Below are positions 18,594 to 28,617 of a stretch of 64,000 nt of DNA, in pieces. Source of the DNA: a virus; the IMG/VR virus record IMGVR_UViG_3300047462_000154, positions 1 through 64,000 of that record; one strand, given 5' to 3'. The notes under the pieces are model-generated. The model made no database searches, was not told the DNA's origin, and was given only the letters and a program-made list of their open reading frames with translations. The stretch's first letter is position 1. Each line of letters opens with the position of its first letter. A program made the position numbers and the translations under genes.

Positions 18594-19179
18594 TTTTTGA
18601 TAGTTTGTCTTTTGAAATAATAGCATATCCTTGTTGATTTAAAAAATCAACAACCTTTTGTGGTAAATTATTTTTTGGCTGTTTCATTTTATCTGGTAAT
18701 TGTTCCCAAGGCAATAAAAGTGGATTTGTTTTTTTATTAGTCGAAAAAGTGATACCATAACTCCAGCCAGCATTTGTTCTATCTTTTAACCAATCACTAT
18801 GTTCTTGTTTTGCTAATTCCAATCCAAGACTTTCGAAACCTTTTGGGTCTAATTTAGCAACGTTATTTAAAACTAATTGTGTTTCATTTGTTTCAACATC
18901 AAAATCTAAATCTTTATGTTTATCAGCAAAACACGTAACGATTTTTGCAATTTCTTTTGAAGTCAAATCTCTTGATAATGGAACAAGATATTCAATGGAT
19001 TTATCTTCTTTTACTCTTTTAACCATGCGAATATCATGTGGTGTTCCGCTATCATTATAAATTTGAAGAGTTGTTGCCACGCCAGGAGGCGCTTCATTAA
19101 TAACAATTTCTACCCATGATTTTACAATTTCATTTGGCAATTCTTCTTTAACTCTCAATAAAATATATTTTGAAATCAT
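18574..19179 (-). CDS. RyR-domain protein
   Basis: LAKQEHSDW.KDR.NAGWSYG...KKTNPLLLPWEQLP. Confidence 0.75.
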   Translation of the reverse strand: MISKYILLRVKEELPNEIVKSWVEIVINEAPPGVATTLQIYNDSGTPHDIRMVKRVKEDKSIEYLVPLSRDLTSKEIAKIVTCFADKHKDLDFDVETNETQLVLNNVAKLDPKGFESLGLELAKQEHSDWLKDRTNAGWSYGITFSTNKKTNPLLLPWEQLPDKMKQPKNNLPQKVVDFLNQQGYAIISKDKLSKIMKLIS

Positions 19180-19568
19180 TTGGTATTACTCTGTTCTTTG
19201 GCTGCTTCTTTTGCTTGGTCTTGATTTAATGGTGGTAATTGTGGTGTACCACTTTTCCAACTTGCAATACCAAGTACAGCCATAAACACCAGATATAGCA
19301 TACCATTTGCACCAAGAGTTAATGGTTGCCATTCAAGATGTTGTTGTTGAATTTGTAATGCTGACGTTATAAAAACAACTTCTGCATTTGGATTTGCACT
19401 TAATTTTAATGCTTCTTGTGTAATAATATCTAAAGAAATTGGTTTATGAAATGCTTCATATACAGAAGGGGCAATTATAAAATCAAAAACAACAAGCATG
19501 ACAAAAACAATTGCACATAATTCTCGCCATTTATTGTAAAATAAATTTGCAGCCATTTTGAAATTCAT
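19176..19568 (-). CDS. Putative holin-like membrane protein
   Basis: Two or more TM helices; WR..FDFIIAP..WQPLTL..VLGIASW. Confidence 0.5.
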   Translation of the reverse strand: MNFKMAANLFYNKWRELCAIVFVMLVVFDFIIAPSVYEAFHKPISLDIITQEALKLSANPNAEVVFITSALQIQQQHLEWQPLTLGANGMLYLVFMAVLGIASWKSGTPQLPPLNQDQAKEAAKEQSNTK

Positions 19569-20284
19569 ACTTTAACCTCAATTACATGTTTTCCCACATC
19601 ACAACTTTCTAAAGCAATTGCAAAACACGCAAGATTATTTGTTTTAGATGTTGCCATTTTTGCATAACCAGGAACATCAGAAGTACATAAATGAGACCCT
19701 TTATTTACAGGTCCAATAACTTTACAGGGCACTTTACCTTTGAGCGCAATATAAGGATGGGTTTCATCTGAACCAACCATAACATTCATTTTATAAGCTG
19801 GTTCTGTTGAAACAATACCAGCAACATTAGTTTGTTCTGCAAATTGGTTTAGGGTGACTTCATTTGCGCCACCAACAACCAAAACAGTACCAGGAGTATA
19901 ATAATCATCAGCATGATATCTTTCGGCAATATCAGCCGCATACAAAGCGCTGGAAGCCTGTCCAGAAATAACTGGTGCTGTAAGTGTTCCGGCTACTTGT
20001 AAATTTCCTGAAACATATAAATTTCCAGTTATGGACCCACCAGTATTTGGTAAATAATAATTATTCACATCTGCCGTAATTTGAGCAGCAGTAACCAATG
20101 GAGACCATACTAAATCATTGCTTGAATTTGGAACATAAGCTTCAATTGATGATGTTGAATCGTTATATCTTAAACCACCAGGAGTGGTTTGTGCTGTATT
20201 ATCTGATGAATATGGAACAACCAAATTGTCGCCCAAAACAACAAGAATGCCGCCGGAATTTCTTACATCTAAAACTTTCGCCAT
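19565..20284 (-). CDS. Virion/tail-fibre-associated protein with C-terminal intramolecular-chaperone-like domain
   Basis: YAADIAERY..D..Y.PGTVLVVGG...GIVSTEPAY.MN...IALKGKVPCKV. Confidence 0.7.
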   Translation of the reverse strand: MAKVLDVRNSGGILVVLGDNLVVPYSSDNTAQTTPGGLRYNDSTSSIEAYVPNSSNDLVWSPLVTAAQITADVNNYYLPNTGGSITGNLYVSGNLQVAGTLTAPVISGQASSALYAADIAERYHADDYYTPGTVLVVGGANEVTLNQFAEQTNVAGIVSTEPAYKMNVMVGSDETHPYIALKGKVPCKVIGPVNKGSHLCTSDVPGYAKMATSKTNNLACFAIALESCDVGKHVIEVKV

Positions 20285-20311
20285 TAAATACTTCCCTTGT
20301 CGAAGTATTTA
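20285..20311 (-). promoter_or_regulatory. Late promoter inside an RBS-sequestering hairpin
   Basis: TAAATACTTC-GACAAGG-GAAGTATTTA directly before the ATG. Confidence 0.6.
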
Positions 20312-20320
20312 TTACAAAAT

Positions 20321-20348
20321 AAAAAACCCCGCTTTCTGGCGGGGTTTT
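20321..20348 (-). terminator. Intrinsic terminator after the NYN gene
   Basis: AAAACCCCGC/GCGGGGTTTT stem with T-tracts. Confidence 0.75.
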
Positions 20349-20371
20349 CTAGTCTAAAAGGAAATCAAATA

Positions 20372-20956
20372 TTAAGCGGCGGCTCGTCGGCTATCCAGCT
20401 TGGAAAACAAGCTATTGACTTCCTGGTTTTCAAGCGGCACCGAAATATCCACCGCCCGCCGAAAATCATCACCCATGTTGATGGAAGACTTAATCAAAGA
20501 ACATCCAACAAAGCGAGTGCCATAACGCGCCTGTGCTGCTTGCACAGCATATGCCAAATCATTGTTGCCCGAAAAAATCACGATTTTGTCAGAATGTTCG
20601 GCATGAACCATAATATCCGTCGCAATTTGCGCCGTCATATTGCCGCCAGCACGAAAGCCGCCGCCACCACGAATAATTTTTTCGTTGGTAACGGTTCGAA
20701 AACCGTTATAAACCATCCAATCAACCATCGGCTTGATAGGATTGTGCTTGTCAAATTCAGGATTTTCTTCATCCTCTTCAACAAAAAGCACGGTATAAAA
20801 CACAATGCGAGCAAGCTTTGTGTTCTTCTCAAAAAAATCACGCATTTTAGCGTAATCAATTTGAATGCCAAGCTGGCGACTCGAATGAAAAATCGAAGAA
20901 CCATCAATAAGTACAGTTGTCGTTTCGTCTTGATGCAAATTAAAATGATTTTGCAT
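20372..20956 (-). CDS. LabA/DUF88 NYN-domain protein with a degenerate active site
   Basis: IDGSS..IDY..FYT..P.VDW..YNGF..GNMT..SGNND..DDFRRAVD. Confidence 0.75.
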   Translation of the reverse strand: MQNHFNLHQDETTTVLIDGSSIFHSSRQLGIQIDYAKMRDFFEKNTKLARIVFYTVLFVEEDEENPEFDKHNPIKPMVDWMVYNGFRTVTNEKIIRGGGGFRAGGNMTAQIATDIMVHAEHSDKIVIFSGNNDLAYAVQAAQARYGTRFVGCSLIKSSINMGDDFRRAVDISVPLENQEVNSLFSKLDSRRAAA

Positions 20957-21052
20957 AAAATTCTCCAAAAAAATGTGCCATCGCTACTTGCGAATGAACT
21001 AAAATTAGCATAAGAATTAGTTTTGTCAACTGTTTTTATCCAAAGGTTTAAA

Positions 21053-21424
21053 ATGAATTTCAATGATGTGTTAAATGTGGTGATTGATGATGGCATTAAT
21101 GCCGCATTACAAAGCTATTCCAAACCATATCAATCACTTAAACGTGAAGGTTCAATTTTTGGATTTAATGAATGCAGAGGATTAAATGCACAAAAACTGG
21201 CAGAATTATTAATATCTGCGGAAAAAACAACCAAAGACAAAATGATGAAAAACTCCCATGATTATTGGTATTGGCGATGCCGCCATGCCGAAATTGAATG
21301 GGTGTGTAATGTCATGAGTGCAGTTTTGGTATCCCATAATGAATCACCTATTGCTTCGTATTCATTACGTGGTATGATGAAGGCTGTTGAAATTTTGGGA
21401 GTAAAAGATAATGCCAGTTTTTGA
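21053..21424 (+). CDS. Hypothetical protein
   Basis: ORF with AAAGG SD. Confidence 0.6.
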   Translation: MNFNDVLNVVIDDGINAALQSYSKPYQSLKREGSIFGFNECRGLNAQKLAELLISAEKTTKDKMMKNSHDYWYWRCRHAEIEWVCNVMSAVLVSHNESPIASYSLRGMMKAVEILGVKDNASF

Positions 21425-21731
21425 AATTGAAGAAAAAAATAATGATTTGGTTATTATCGGAAAAATGGAATCTTTGCCAGATAATCGTGAAGTTTTTGTT
21501 GGTAAGAAACAAGGCGATGATTCTGGTACATTGTTTATTCGTTTTGTCAATGAAGACGGAGATAAAACGTTTTTGAGATTATCAGAAGAAGCTTCAAAAA
21601 TTTTACATAAACTTATTGGTATTGTTTCTTGGGATGAAAAAGATTATGAGGGCGCATGGCGCATAACTAATAAAACCATTGTTCAAAAAAATAAACCAAA
21701 ATGGAATGTGTCATATAAAGAAAGAATTTAA
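21411..21731 (+). CDS. Hypothetical protein
   Basis: ORF with GGGAG SD. Confidence 0.6.
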   Translation: MPVFEIEEKNNDLVIIGKMESLPDNREVFVGKKQGDDSGTLFIRFVNEDGDKTFLRLSEEASKILHKLIGIVSWDEKDYEGAWRITNKTIVQKNKPKWNVSYKERI

Positions 21732-21779
21732 AATGATAAAAGTTTCTGATATGTTTCAGATTGTAATTTTTTGTCCTTA

Positions 21780-22880
21780 TTAAAATAATTTTTTAACAGA
21801 TAGAATTTGATTTGGTTCTACTCTGAATTCTCGTTCTGCATCAAAATATTCTTCATTTCCTGTCAATTTAACTTCACAGGATAATATACCTATGTTTTTG
21901 TAATCTACTGTTTTTATGTTTTCTGCAAGAGTATCTAAATTGACAATCCAAGGGTCGATTCTTAATTTATTATGCAGTAAATAATATCTATAAAGATGTA
22001 ATATATCTTTGGTTGTTTTCGGAATAAAATTCTTAATTCCAATACCTTTCATAACTTCATCATAAATGTTTTCATGTTTAATCCAAGAAAATATTTCAGG
22101 TGCTTTTAATTGACCATGAACAATCATCCAAATATCTCTGAATGCTCGTAAAATACTTTGCGCAATTACTAAACTATGAGTAAATGAAATCTTTTTTTGA
22201 TTGCCGTAATTACCAACACCAACATATTCTTCAGGTTTTGTATCTTTGAAACCATTTTTTGAAATATCATTCGCATACAAAGAAACATGATATAAATTTT
22301 CTATTTCTTCATGGTCTGGTCTATATGAATTCGGATTGTATGTATAATTTGTTTTTTTATCTATTGCATTTAAAACAGATTTGTAATTTTCAATTTTTAA
22401 AGATATGTTTTGAACAGTCTTACTAATATTTTCCAAAGCATTTAACGCATGATAAACTCTTTGATACTCAGGCTCGGATGGTTCTCCAAAATAATTTTCT
22501 AATTGCTCTTTTGATTTTTCAATAATACTAATCCATTGGACTAAATTATCATCAGTAATAATTTCTTCTAATATTTTTATATTGTGTTTAAAATATTTCA
22601 AAAACTCCAAATTATGAGTATAGATATTTCTGCAATTGTCAGCAGCTTGTTCTATTTTATCGATAAAATTTGTTAAAATATATTTTGACGGAAAAGATAA
22701 ATTTAATCTGGTCATCATCTGGTCAAAATATTTGATATCATTATCTGGATTTTTTTCGAAATACAAAAAATCAGCCATGTTATGTTTTAAAGAAACATAA
22801 TAATTTCTCAATTCTTTTTCTCTGTTTGTAAAATAAACATTTAAATTGGGAATTGTTGTAATAACTTCAAAAATTTTCAT
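21780..22880 (-). CDS. Protein with C-terminal ART-like domain; tag MKIFEVI
   Basis: LYHVS...ISKNGF...ISFTHS...AEREFRV; TAAATA 5 nt upstream. Confidence 0.55.
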   Translation of the reverse strand: MKIFEVITTIPNLNVYFTNREKELRNYYVSLKHNMADFLYFEKNPDNDIKYFDQMMTRLNLSFPSKYILTNFIDKIEQAADNCRNIYTHNLEFLKYFKHNIKILEEIITDDNLVQWISIIEKSKEQLENYFGEPSEPEYQRVYHALNALENISKTVQNISLKIENYKSVLNAIDKKTNYTYNPNSYRPDHEEIENLYHVSLYANDISKNGFKDTKPEEYVGVGNYGNQKKISFTHSLVIAQSILRAFRDIWMIVHGQLKAPEIFSWIKHENIYDEVMKGIGIKNFIPKTTKDILHLYRYYLLHNKLRIDPWIVNLDTLAENIKTVDYKNIGILSCEVKLTGNEEYFDAEREFRVEPNQILSVKKLF

Positions 22881-22888
22881 AAAGATAT

Positions 22889-23923
22889 TTATTTTAATTT
22901 ATTAGATATGACCTGTTGCGCAAACCAATGATGAGAATCAGGTTGCACATGCGATTTTCTTACAAATTTACCAACGCTTTTTCTAAAATCTCCATAAGAG
23001 AATGCATCAGCTAAACGAATTACATAGCCTTCCATATTATCTCTATTGGCTGGATTCCATAAAGCTTTTATTTTTTTTTCATCAAAAATTCCATCATATA
23101 AAACAGGAACAGATGTTATTCCCAAAAGAGAAAACCAATCAAGGGTGTCATCCCAACTTAAACAAATATTTTTATCATTCCAAACAGAAAATCCGTAAAA
23201 ATATGTTTCTAAATCTTGATAATGAATTGCATGTTTTGCATAAACGTTTTCCGCACATATTTTCCATCCATCTGGAATATCAGATTTAAAAGTGCTCCAG
23301 AAATTCTTTGCCCAATTTCTGCTTGGATGATTTCTTCCATCAATGCTTCTTGCATGGAAATAATCATTATAAGCATTTGAATTTTCGCCATCCATTTTAT
23401 TGGATACGATAACTCTTTTATTTTTAAAAATATCAACTGATTTTAAAACTCTATCATCTTTTTGAATACTTTCTGACCATGGCAAATTATAAGTGCGAGG
23501 ATATTTTGTATATTTTGAATATAATCCAAGCATATTTCCTTTTTCTAAAATCTTTTGAACACTTTCATCAAAGAATAATTCACCCTTTAATCTTTGACCA
23601 TTCGCAAGAATTATGTCTCCCCATTTGGTATATTCTTGGTCATCATACAAATGTTCTGGAATAACAAAATGTGTAATCCCAGCAGCACGCCTCGCATCTT
23701 CAACAGATATTTCAGTTGTTTCGCATTTGATATGACATGGTTCGCATACTGAAATGCCATTGCACAAAAAATAACCACCTAATTGATGTTGTGCCGTCCA
23801 CAAACGTCTTTCAATAATATGATGTGCGTCAATGGCAACATCAGAACAAAAAACGCACTTGTGCTCATCACGTTCAAATACGGAATTTCTGAAATCATCA
23901 CGAGATAATAATTTATGTATCAT
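22889..23923 (-). CDS. HNH domain fused to an ATP-dependent RNA ligase
   Basis: RD.HKCVFC..DAHHI..N..SVC.PCH; KYPRT, KMDGEN adenylation motif, ARS, EGYVIR, KFVR. Confidence 0.8.
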   Translation of the reverse strand: MIHKLLSRDDFRNSVFERDEHKCVFCSDVAIDAHHIIERRLWTAQHQLGGYFLCNGISVCEPCHIKCETTEISVEDARRAAGITHFVIPEHLYDDQEYTKWGDIILANGQRLKGELFFDESVQKILEKGNMLGLYSKYTKYPRTYNLPWSESIQKDDRVLKSVDIFKNKRVIVSNKMDGENSNAYNDYFHARSIDGRNHPSRNWAKNFWSTFKSDIPDGWKICAENVYAKHAIHYQDLETYFYGFSVWNDKNICLSWDDTLDWFSLLGITSVPVLYDGIFDEKKIKALWNPANRDNMEGYVIRLADAFSYGDFRKSVGKFVRKSHVQPDSHHWFAQQVISNKLK

Positions 23924-23938
23924 AAATCATGTATTAAG

Positions 23939-24175
23939 TTATTTTTTAATGGCGTCAACTAAAATTTTTGCATAAAATTTAACGAAAGAAACAAAATATT
24001 TGCATACAAAAATAATTACATACAAAAGCCAAAATACCAATGTAATTGGAAAAAACAAACATTCGGCACCAATATGCTTTAAACGGTCGTTATCACAACC
24101 AAATTCAAAAGAAACTCTTATAAATAAATAAAAAAGCAAAAGCACAAGCAAAATAAGAAATAACATACTCAACAA
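23939..24175 (-). CDS. Small membrane protein
   Basis: Two hydrophobic segments. Confidence 0.4.
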   Translation of the reverse strand: MLSMLFLILLVLLLFYLFIRVSFEFGCDNDRLKHIGAECLFFPITLVFWLLYVIIFVCKYFVSFVKFYAKILVDAIKK

Positions 24176-24190
24176 TAAGAATAAAGTGAT

Positions 24191-24451
24191 TCATTTTCTC
24201 TCTCTTTTCATCTTTTCAAGATTGGCTTGAATTTTCAAAAGTCTGCGCAATTTCATTTCAACCGTTAAACCGAAATTGTTTATCAGCATCACACCCCAAT
24301 AATAGGCGTTTAAAATAAAGACAGTTTCGAACATCTTTACTTTAAATTTGGATGCACCAAACCAAGCAAAAAGCAAAGCAACAGGCGGCATTACCACAAA
24401 CAAAAGTTGCAGAATTCCATCAAACACAAGCTTGAAACTAATCTTTTTCAT
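24191..24451 (-). CDS. Small membrane protein
   Basis: Two hydrophobic segments. Confidence 0.5.
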   Translation of the reverse strand: MKKISFKLVFDGILQLLFVVMPPVALLFAWFGASKFKVKMFETVFILNAYYWGVMLINNFGLTVEMKLRRLLKIQANLEKMKRERK

Positions 24452-24492
24452 AAATTAATCATAGCACATTAATTATTTTTGTCAAGTTTTTA

Positions 24493-24521
24493 TTGACAAA
24501 TCAGAGAAAGCTTGATAAAAT
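24493..24521 (+). promoter_or_regulatory. Sigma70-like early promoter
   Basis: TTGACA-17 nt-TAAAAT; a divergent TTGACA lies at ~24480. Confidence 0.6.
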
Positions 24522-24527
24522 TGTATT

Positions 24528-24797
24528 ATGGAAGATATGGAATTAAAAATTGATTGGCTTGGTGGTAATTGTCCAGTCCAGGCTGAAGGCACTGTTGGAA
24601 ATAAAAAATTTTATTTCCGTTCTCGTGGTGCGCGTTGGTCTATGAATATTGGCGGTGAGGATTTGATTACAAATCCAGAATGGCGATATGAAGAACCATA
24701 TGGCGAGACGTTTGAAGCAGGCTGGATTACGGAAGTCGAAGCCAGATTGTTCATTGAAAAAGCTGTTAGAAAATATCGAAAGGATATGATTTTATGA
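24528..24797 (+). CDS. Hypothetical phage protein
   Basis: CPVQAEG..FYFRSRG..W pattern; operon start. Confidence 0.65.
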   Translation: MEDMELKIDWLGGNCPVQAEGTVGNKKFYFRSRGARWSMNIGGEDLITNPEWRYEEPYGETFEAGWITEVEARLFIEKAVRKYRKDMIL

Positions 24798-25150
24798 GTT
24801 ATGATATTAATTTATGCGACCCAGTAACAAAACAAATAATTGTTTTTGATACTCCGCATCAAATGCGTGGCGGAACATATGCTATTGGTGGAACCAATCA
24901 GGCATCTTTAAATATTACATATAATTACAGCAAACATTATTATCGTATGTTTGGCGATGATGGTATTCGTTCTATTTATGGTAAAACGGGTGCGGAAGCT
25001 ATTTCGTTATTGGAACAAGCCATTGCAAAATTAGGCGATGATGTTGATGATAATTATTGGGAACCAACAGAAGGAAATGCTAAACGAGCATTATGCCAAC
25101 TTTTGGCATTGGCTAAAATGCGTCCAGATGGCGTATTTCAAGGAGATTAA
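24794..25150 (+). CDS. Hypothetical phage protein
   Basis: MSYDI..NITYNYS; overlapping operon. Confidence 0.65.
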   Translation: MSYDINLCDPVTKQIIVFDTPHQMRGGTYAIGGTNQASLNITYNYSKHYYRMFGDDGIRSIYGKTGAEAISLLEQAIAKLGDDVDDNYWEPTEGNAKRALCQLLALAKMRPDGVFQGD

Positions 25151-25658
25151 TGATGGCTAATACATTTATTATTTCGGATACTCATTTTGGTCATCAAGGA
25201 ATTCTTGGTTTTAAAGCACCAGATGGAATCAATAAATTGCGCGATTTTTCTTCTGTAGAAGAAATGGATGAACATATTATTGAACGTTGGAACAGCGTTG
25301 TTCGGGACCAAGATAAAGTTTATCATCTTGGTGATGTTGCTATGCGTAAAGAACATATTGCAACCATGTCTCGATTAAACGGCAAAAAAACTTTGATTAT
25401 GGGGAATCACGATATTTTTGATAGTCGTGAATATTTACAATATTTTGAAAACGTCAGAGCCTATAAAGTTTTTGATGGAACCAAAATCATATTCCAATTT
25501 CTATTGAAAGCCAAGGAAGATTTCGCATGAATCTTCATGGTCACACCCATGGGCAAGTTTTGAGCAATCCTTTTTACTATAACATGTGCGTAGAATTATT
25601 GGATTATACTCCAATGCCATATGATGATATTCTTAAATATATGGATAGGTATTTGTAA
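25150..25658 (+). pseudogene. Calcineurin-like metallophosphoesterase, frameshifted near 25480
   Basis: SDTHFGH, LGD, GNHD in one frame; HIPI..NLHGHTH..NMCVE..Y.P in another. Confidence 0.75.
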
Positions 25659-25659
25659 A

Positions 25660-26067
25660 ATGAAAATTTTAATCAAACAAACAAAAACTTATCAGGCATT
25701 GGATGGCGAAGTCTTTCAATCGGAACAAGATTGCCTTAATTATGAGGCTGCATTGCCACGCCATCTTCTTTGGTGTTTATTTCACAAAGTTGAATCGAAA
25801 ATGTTGTGTGACGATACCATTCAGATTTGGGAAGCAAGTTATACGGTCCATTACTCGCAAGAAGTTTACGAAGAGCCAGGATTTTTACGGGCTGGTGGAT
25901 ATAACATAGAAAACGTTAGTAATAATGTTCATTTGGGATATTTTCGCGGCGCATATACTGAAGTGATTTCTCATTGTGTTAATCTGCCAAAATTTTGGAA
26001 TGTATGGAGAAAAACGTCGATAACCCAATTGAAAATCCAAGACATTACCAAATTAGAATATCTGTAA
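25660..26067 (+). CDS. Hypothetical protein
   Basis: ORF starting MKILIKQ. Confidence 0.55.
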   Translation: MKILIKQTKTYQALDGEVFQSEQDCLNYEAALPRHLLWCLFHKVESKMLCDDTIQIWEASYTVHYSQEVYEEPGFLRAGGYNIENVSNNVHLGYFRGAYTEVISHCVNLPKFWNVWRKTSITQLKIQDITKLEYL

Positions 26068-26365
26068 TGTCTTGGGCGACTTCATATATCGAATCTTTGC
26101 TTGCAGGAGAAACCGTTTCTTTTCGTCCGCGTGGTAATTCCATGACAGGAATTATTGAAAGCGGACAATTAGTTACGGTTGCCCCCTTTCAGAAGATGAT
26201 GAAATAAACAAAAATGATGTTGTTTTGTTTTCCATTTACTTTGCACAATATTTGCATTTAGTTAAAGCAATTAATAAAAACCAATATCAAATTGGAAACA
26301 ATCGTGGTGGAATAAACGGTTGGACAAACCGTTCAAATATTTTTGGAAAAGTTATCGCGAAATAA
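26067..26365 (+). pseudogene. S24/S26-peptidase-like protein, frameshifted near 26190
   Basis: RPRGNSM..I.SG..VTV.P, then DVVL..YLHLVKAI..IGNNRG in another frame. Confidence 0.6.
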
Positions 26366-26509
26366 TTTTCATATTTGTTTTGCAAATTGTGCAACGAATC
26401 GCTTCTTGAGGATAAGCAGCCTCAATCTCACAATGGTCACAATACATCATAACAAAATTTCGTGAATCTAGTTTATCTTCACGTTTCTTGTTTTTTGCTC
26501 TCATAAGAA

Positions 26510-26740
26510 TCACAGATTGCATTTCAGTTCTTTCGCTAATTGTTTAGGATTTTCTCTACCATTTTTTAAAGCATGAATTAAATTTTCTGCTTTTTCAATA
26601 CCCACATCATTGGCTTCAAAACGTCCAACGATAGGATATTCATCATAATCGCATTCAACAATTATGAAATCCCCGTTAGGCGATTCAAAATCCCACCAAA
26701 ATGTTGGCGGCAATCTCTTTACTTTTTTGATATTGCTCAT
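26510..26740 (-). CDS. Hypothetical protein
   Basis: ORF with a TTGACA promoter upstream. Confidence 0.5.
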   Translation of the reverse strand: MSNIKKVKRLPPTFWWDFESPNGDFIIVECDYDEYPIVGRFEANDVGIEKAENLIHALKNGRENPKQLAKELKCNL

Positions 26741-26782
26741 ACAATATTAAAACACGAAAATATACTTTTGTCAATTTGTTTT

Positions 26783-27046
26783 TTAATATTCTGATGTGTT
26801 ATATCCATAAATTATTTTAGCTACTATTGTATCATAATTATCACACATAAAAACACCATTGGTATGACCTAATTTATTATCTGGTTTGTATTTTTCCAAA
26901 TAAAGAATTGCTGGTCCTAATTTTCTTTCTGGAAATTGGCACTTTTTTGCTGGTCGCAAAATTGTACCTCGTTTTAGTTTTATTTCACTTGCATGAAAAT
27001 ATTCTTTGTTGCTGCTATATCCTTCTAAAATTTCTTTATATTTCAT
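26783..27046 (-). CDS. Truncated Arr-like ART; tag MKYKEILE
   Basis: YFHAS..L..GTILRP...GVFM; ends prematurely. Confidence 0.45.
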   Translation of the reverse strand: MKYKEILEGYSSNKEYFHASEIKLKRGTILRPAKKCQFPERKLGPAILYLEKYKPDNKLGHTNGVFMCDNYDTIVAKIIYGYNTSEY

Positions 27047-27047
27047 G

Positions 27048-27569
27048 TTAATCCTCGTTTAATAATACCCAATCATCTTTTATTTTTTCTGCTTTAAGCA
27101 TTATCATATGCATTGTATCTCTGATATCATTAAATCTTTTATCATTCATTTCAAAAAGTTTTTTTGCTATTGTATTTGGTAATATTGTAGCAGCAGTATA
27201 TGAATGTTGATAATAATGATATTGGTGTGGTCTGGTAAATTGCATATAAAAATTTCTTGTTGCTTTTAAATCAATTCCTTTTTTTATTGTATTCCAAACA
27301 TATCCATTTTCTGTTTCTAATAATATTTTTTTACCATGTTCTAATAAAGAAACACTTACTGGATTTTTAAATGCAATATCATCTTTTTTATCTAAAATTA
27401 AAATATGGCGTTTAACCCAACCTGTTGAAAAAAATGATTCAAGTGTTTTGTTTGATAATTTATAAATTGGAGATTTTAAAAAACATTTGAGGCAATCCAA
27501 TTCAAATGTATTGATAGGATTGATTAATCTTGGAAAATTTCTCTCAAAAATTCTTAACGGAACAACCAT
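27048..27569 (-). CDS. Hypothetical late protein
   Basis: TAAATA 8 nt upstream. Confidence 0.55.
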   Translation of the reverse strand: MVVPLRIFERNFPRLINPINTFELDCLKCFLKSPIYKLSNKTLESFFSTGWVKRHILILDKKDDIAFKNPVSVSLLEHGKKILLETENGYVWNTIKKGIDLKATRNFYMQFTRPHQYHYYQHSYTAATILPNTIAKKLFEMNDKRFNDIRDTMHMIMLKAEKIKDDWVLLNED

Positions 27570-27621
27570 AATAAGAGTATTTATGGTTGACTTTTTTAGT
27601 ATAATTGTTTATGTTTTTTAA

Positions 27622-27912
27622 ATGAAACCAAAAAAGAAACCTGATGCTGCTGCAATCAAAGCAAAACAGCAATTGAAAAAAATTGAAGAGAAAGAATTAA
27701 ATAATTCTTCTCTTATGGAATCTGCACAAAGTTTTTATATAATTTTCAAATACGAACCAACTGAAGTATTTGAAATGGGTGCAGAGAATTTTGATGATGC
27801 TGTTAAAATTGCTCGCAAAATGAATCAAGATTTAGGAAAATTTGGTAAACGTGCAGCAATCTATGCAGTAAATTCAAATGACCACAGAGATATAGTGAAA
27901 TATGAATATTGA
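27622..27912 (+). CDS. Hypothetical protein
   Basis: ORF. Confidence 0.55.
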   Translation: MKPKKKPDAAAIKAKQQLKKIEEKELNNSSLMESAQSFYIIFKYEPTEVFEMGAENFDDAVKIARKMNQDLGKFGKRAAIYAVNSNDHRDIVKYEY

Positions 27913-27952
27913 TTTATTATTTTGTTTGTGATATAAATAAAGTAAATATAAA

Positions 27953-28027
27953 TCTGGATTAGCACAGCGGTAGTGCAGCGGTATTGTAAACCGAAGGTCG
28001 CGGGTTCAAATCCTGCATCCAGAACCA
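27953..28027 (+). tRNA. tRNA-Thr(UGU)
   Basis: TCTGGAT/ATCCAGA acceptor stem, loop ATTGTAA, TTCAAAT T-loop, ACCA; TATAAATA at 27932. Confidence 0.85.
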
Positions 28028-28251
28028 ATTTAAAACGTCCCTTGGTAATTGAATTAGAAAAACAATTTTGCCTTACAAGGCTCAGTCATTTTATTGATTT
28101 CCCTCAAGGATTATTATAATTTTAACACCATTCGGTTTCATATTTGTACATCATGCTATCAATATAATACGATAATATGCAAAATAAATCAATAAAAATA
28201 CTCTTGACAAAATAGCTAATTGAATTATAATTTTTTTACAGGAGAAATATA

Positions 28252-28617
28252 ATGAAAACGATGACCACCATTGATATGAAAACTCCTGCAAAAAAACCTT
28301 GCGGAGAATGTCCATTTTTAAAAACATCTATTCCTGGCTGGCTTGGTCCATGGACTGCGCAAGAATTGGTTACATCATTGGCATATGAACCATTTCCGTG
28401 TCATCAAACAATTCCTGAATCTGCACCAACTGATTTTGTTGGTTACAAGGCATGTGCTGGTATGGCAGTGTTTTTGAATAATAAATTTGAATGTTCTCGT
28501 GATGCTGGAAATCGCATGGCGCAAAATGCTATGAAAAATTGCGATAAGGAAGTCAAAAATAGTGTATTCAAAAACACAAAAGAATTTATTGACTATCATA
28601 CAGATGGATTGGTATAA
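28252..28617 (+). CDS. Cys/His metal-binding hypothetical protein
   Basis: PCGECPF...PCH...CAG; TTGACA-16-TATAAT promoter and AGGAG SD. Confidence 0.65.
   Translation: MKTMTTIDMKTPAKKPCGECPFLKTSIPGWLGPWTAQELVTSLAYEPFPCHQTIPESAPTDFVGYKACAGMAVFLNNKFECSRDAGNRMAQNAMKNCDKEVKNSVFKNTKEFIDYHTDGLV

Noticed and set aside
20297-21096. Long alternative-frame ORFs (20297-21013 +, 20635-21096 -)
   Set aside because: Shadows of the GC-richer NYN gene with no motifs or start signals
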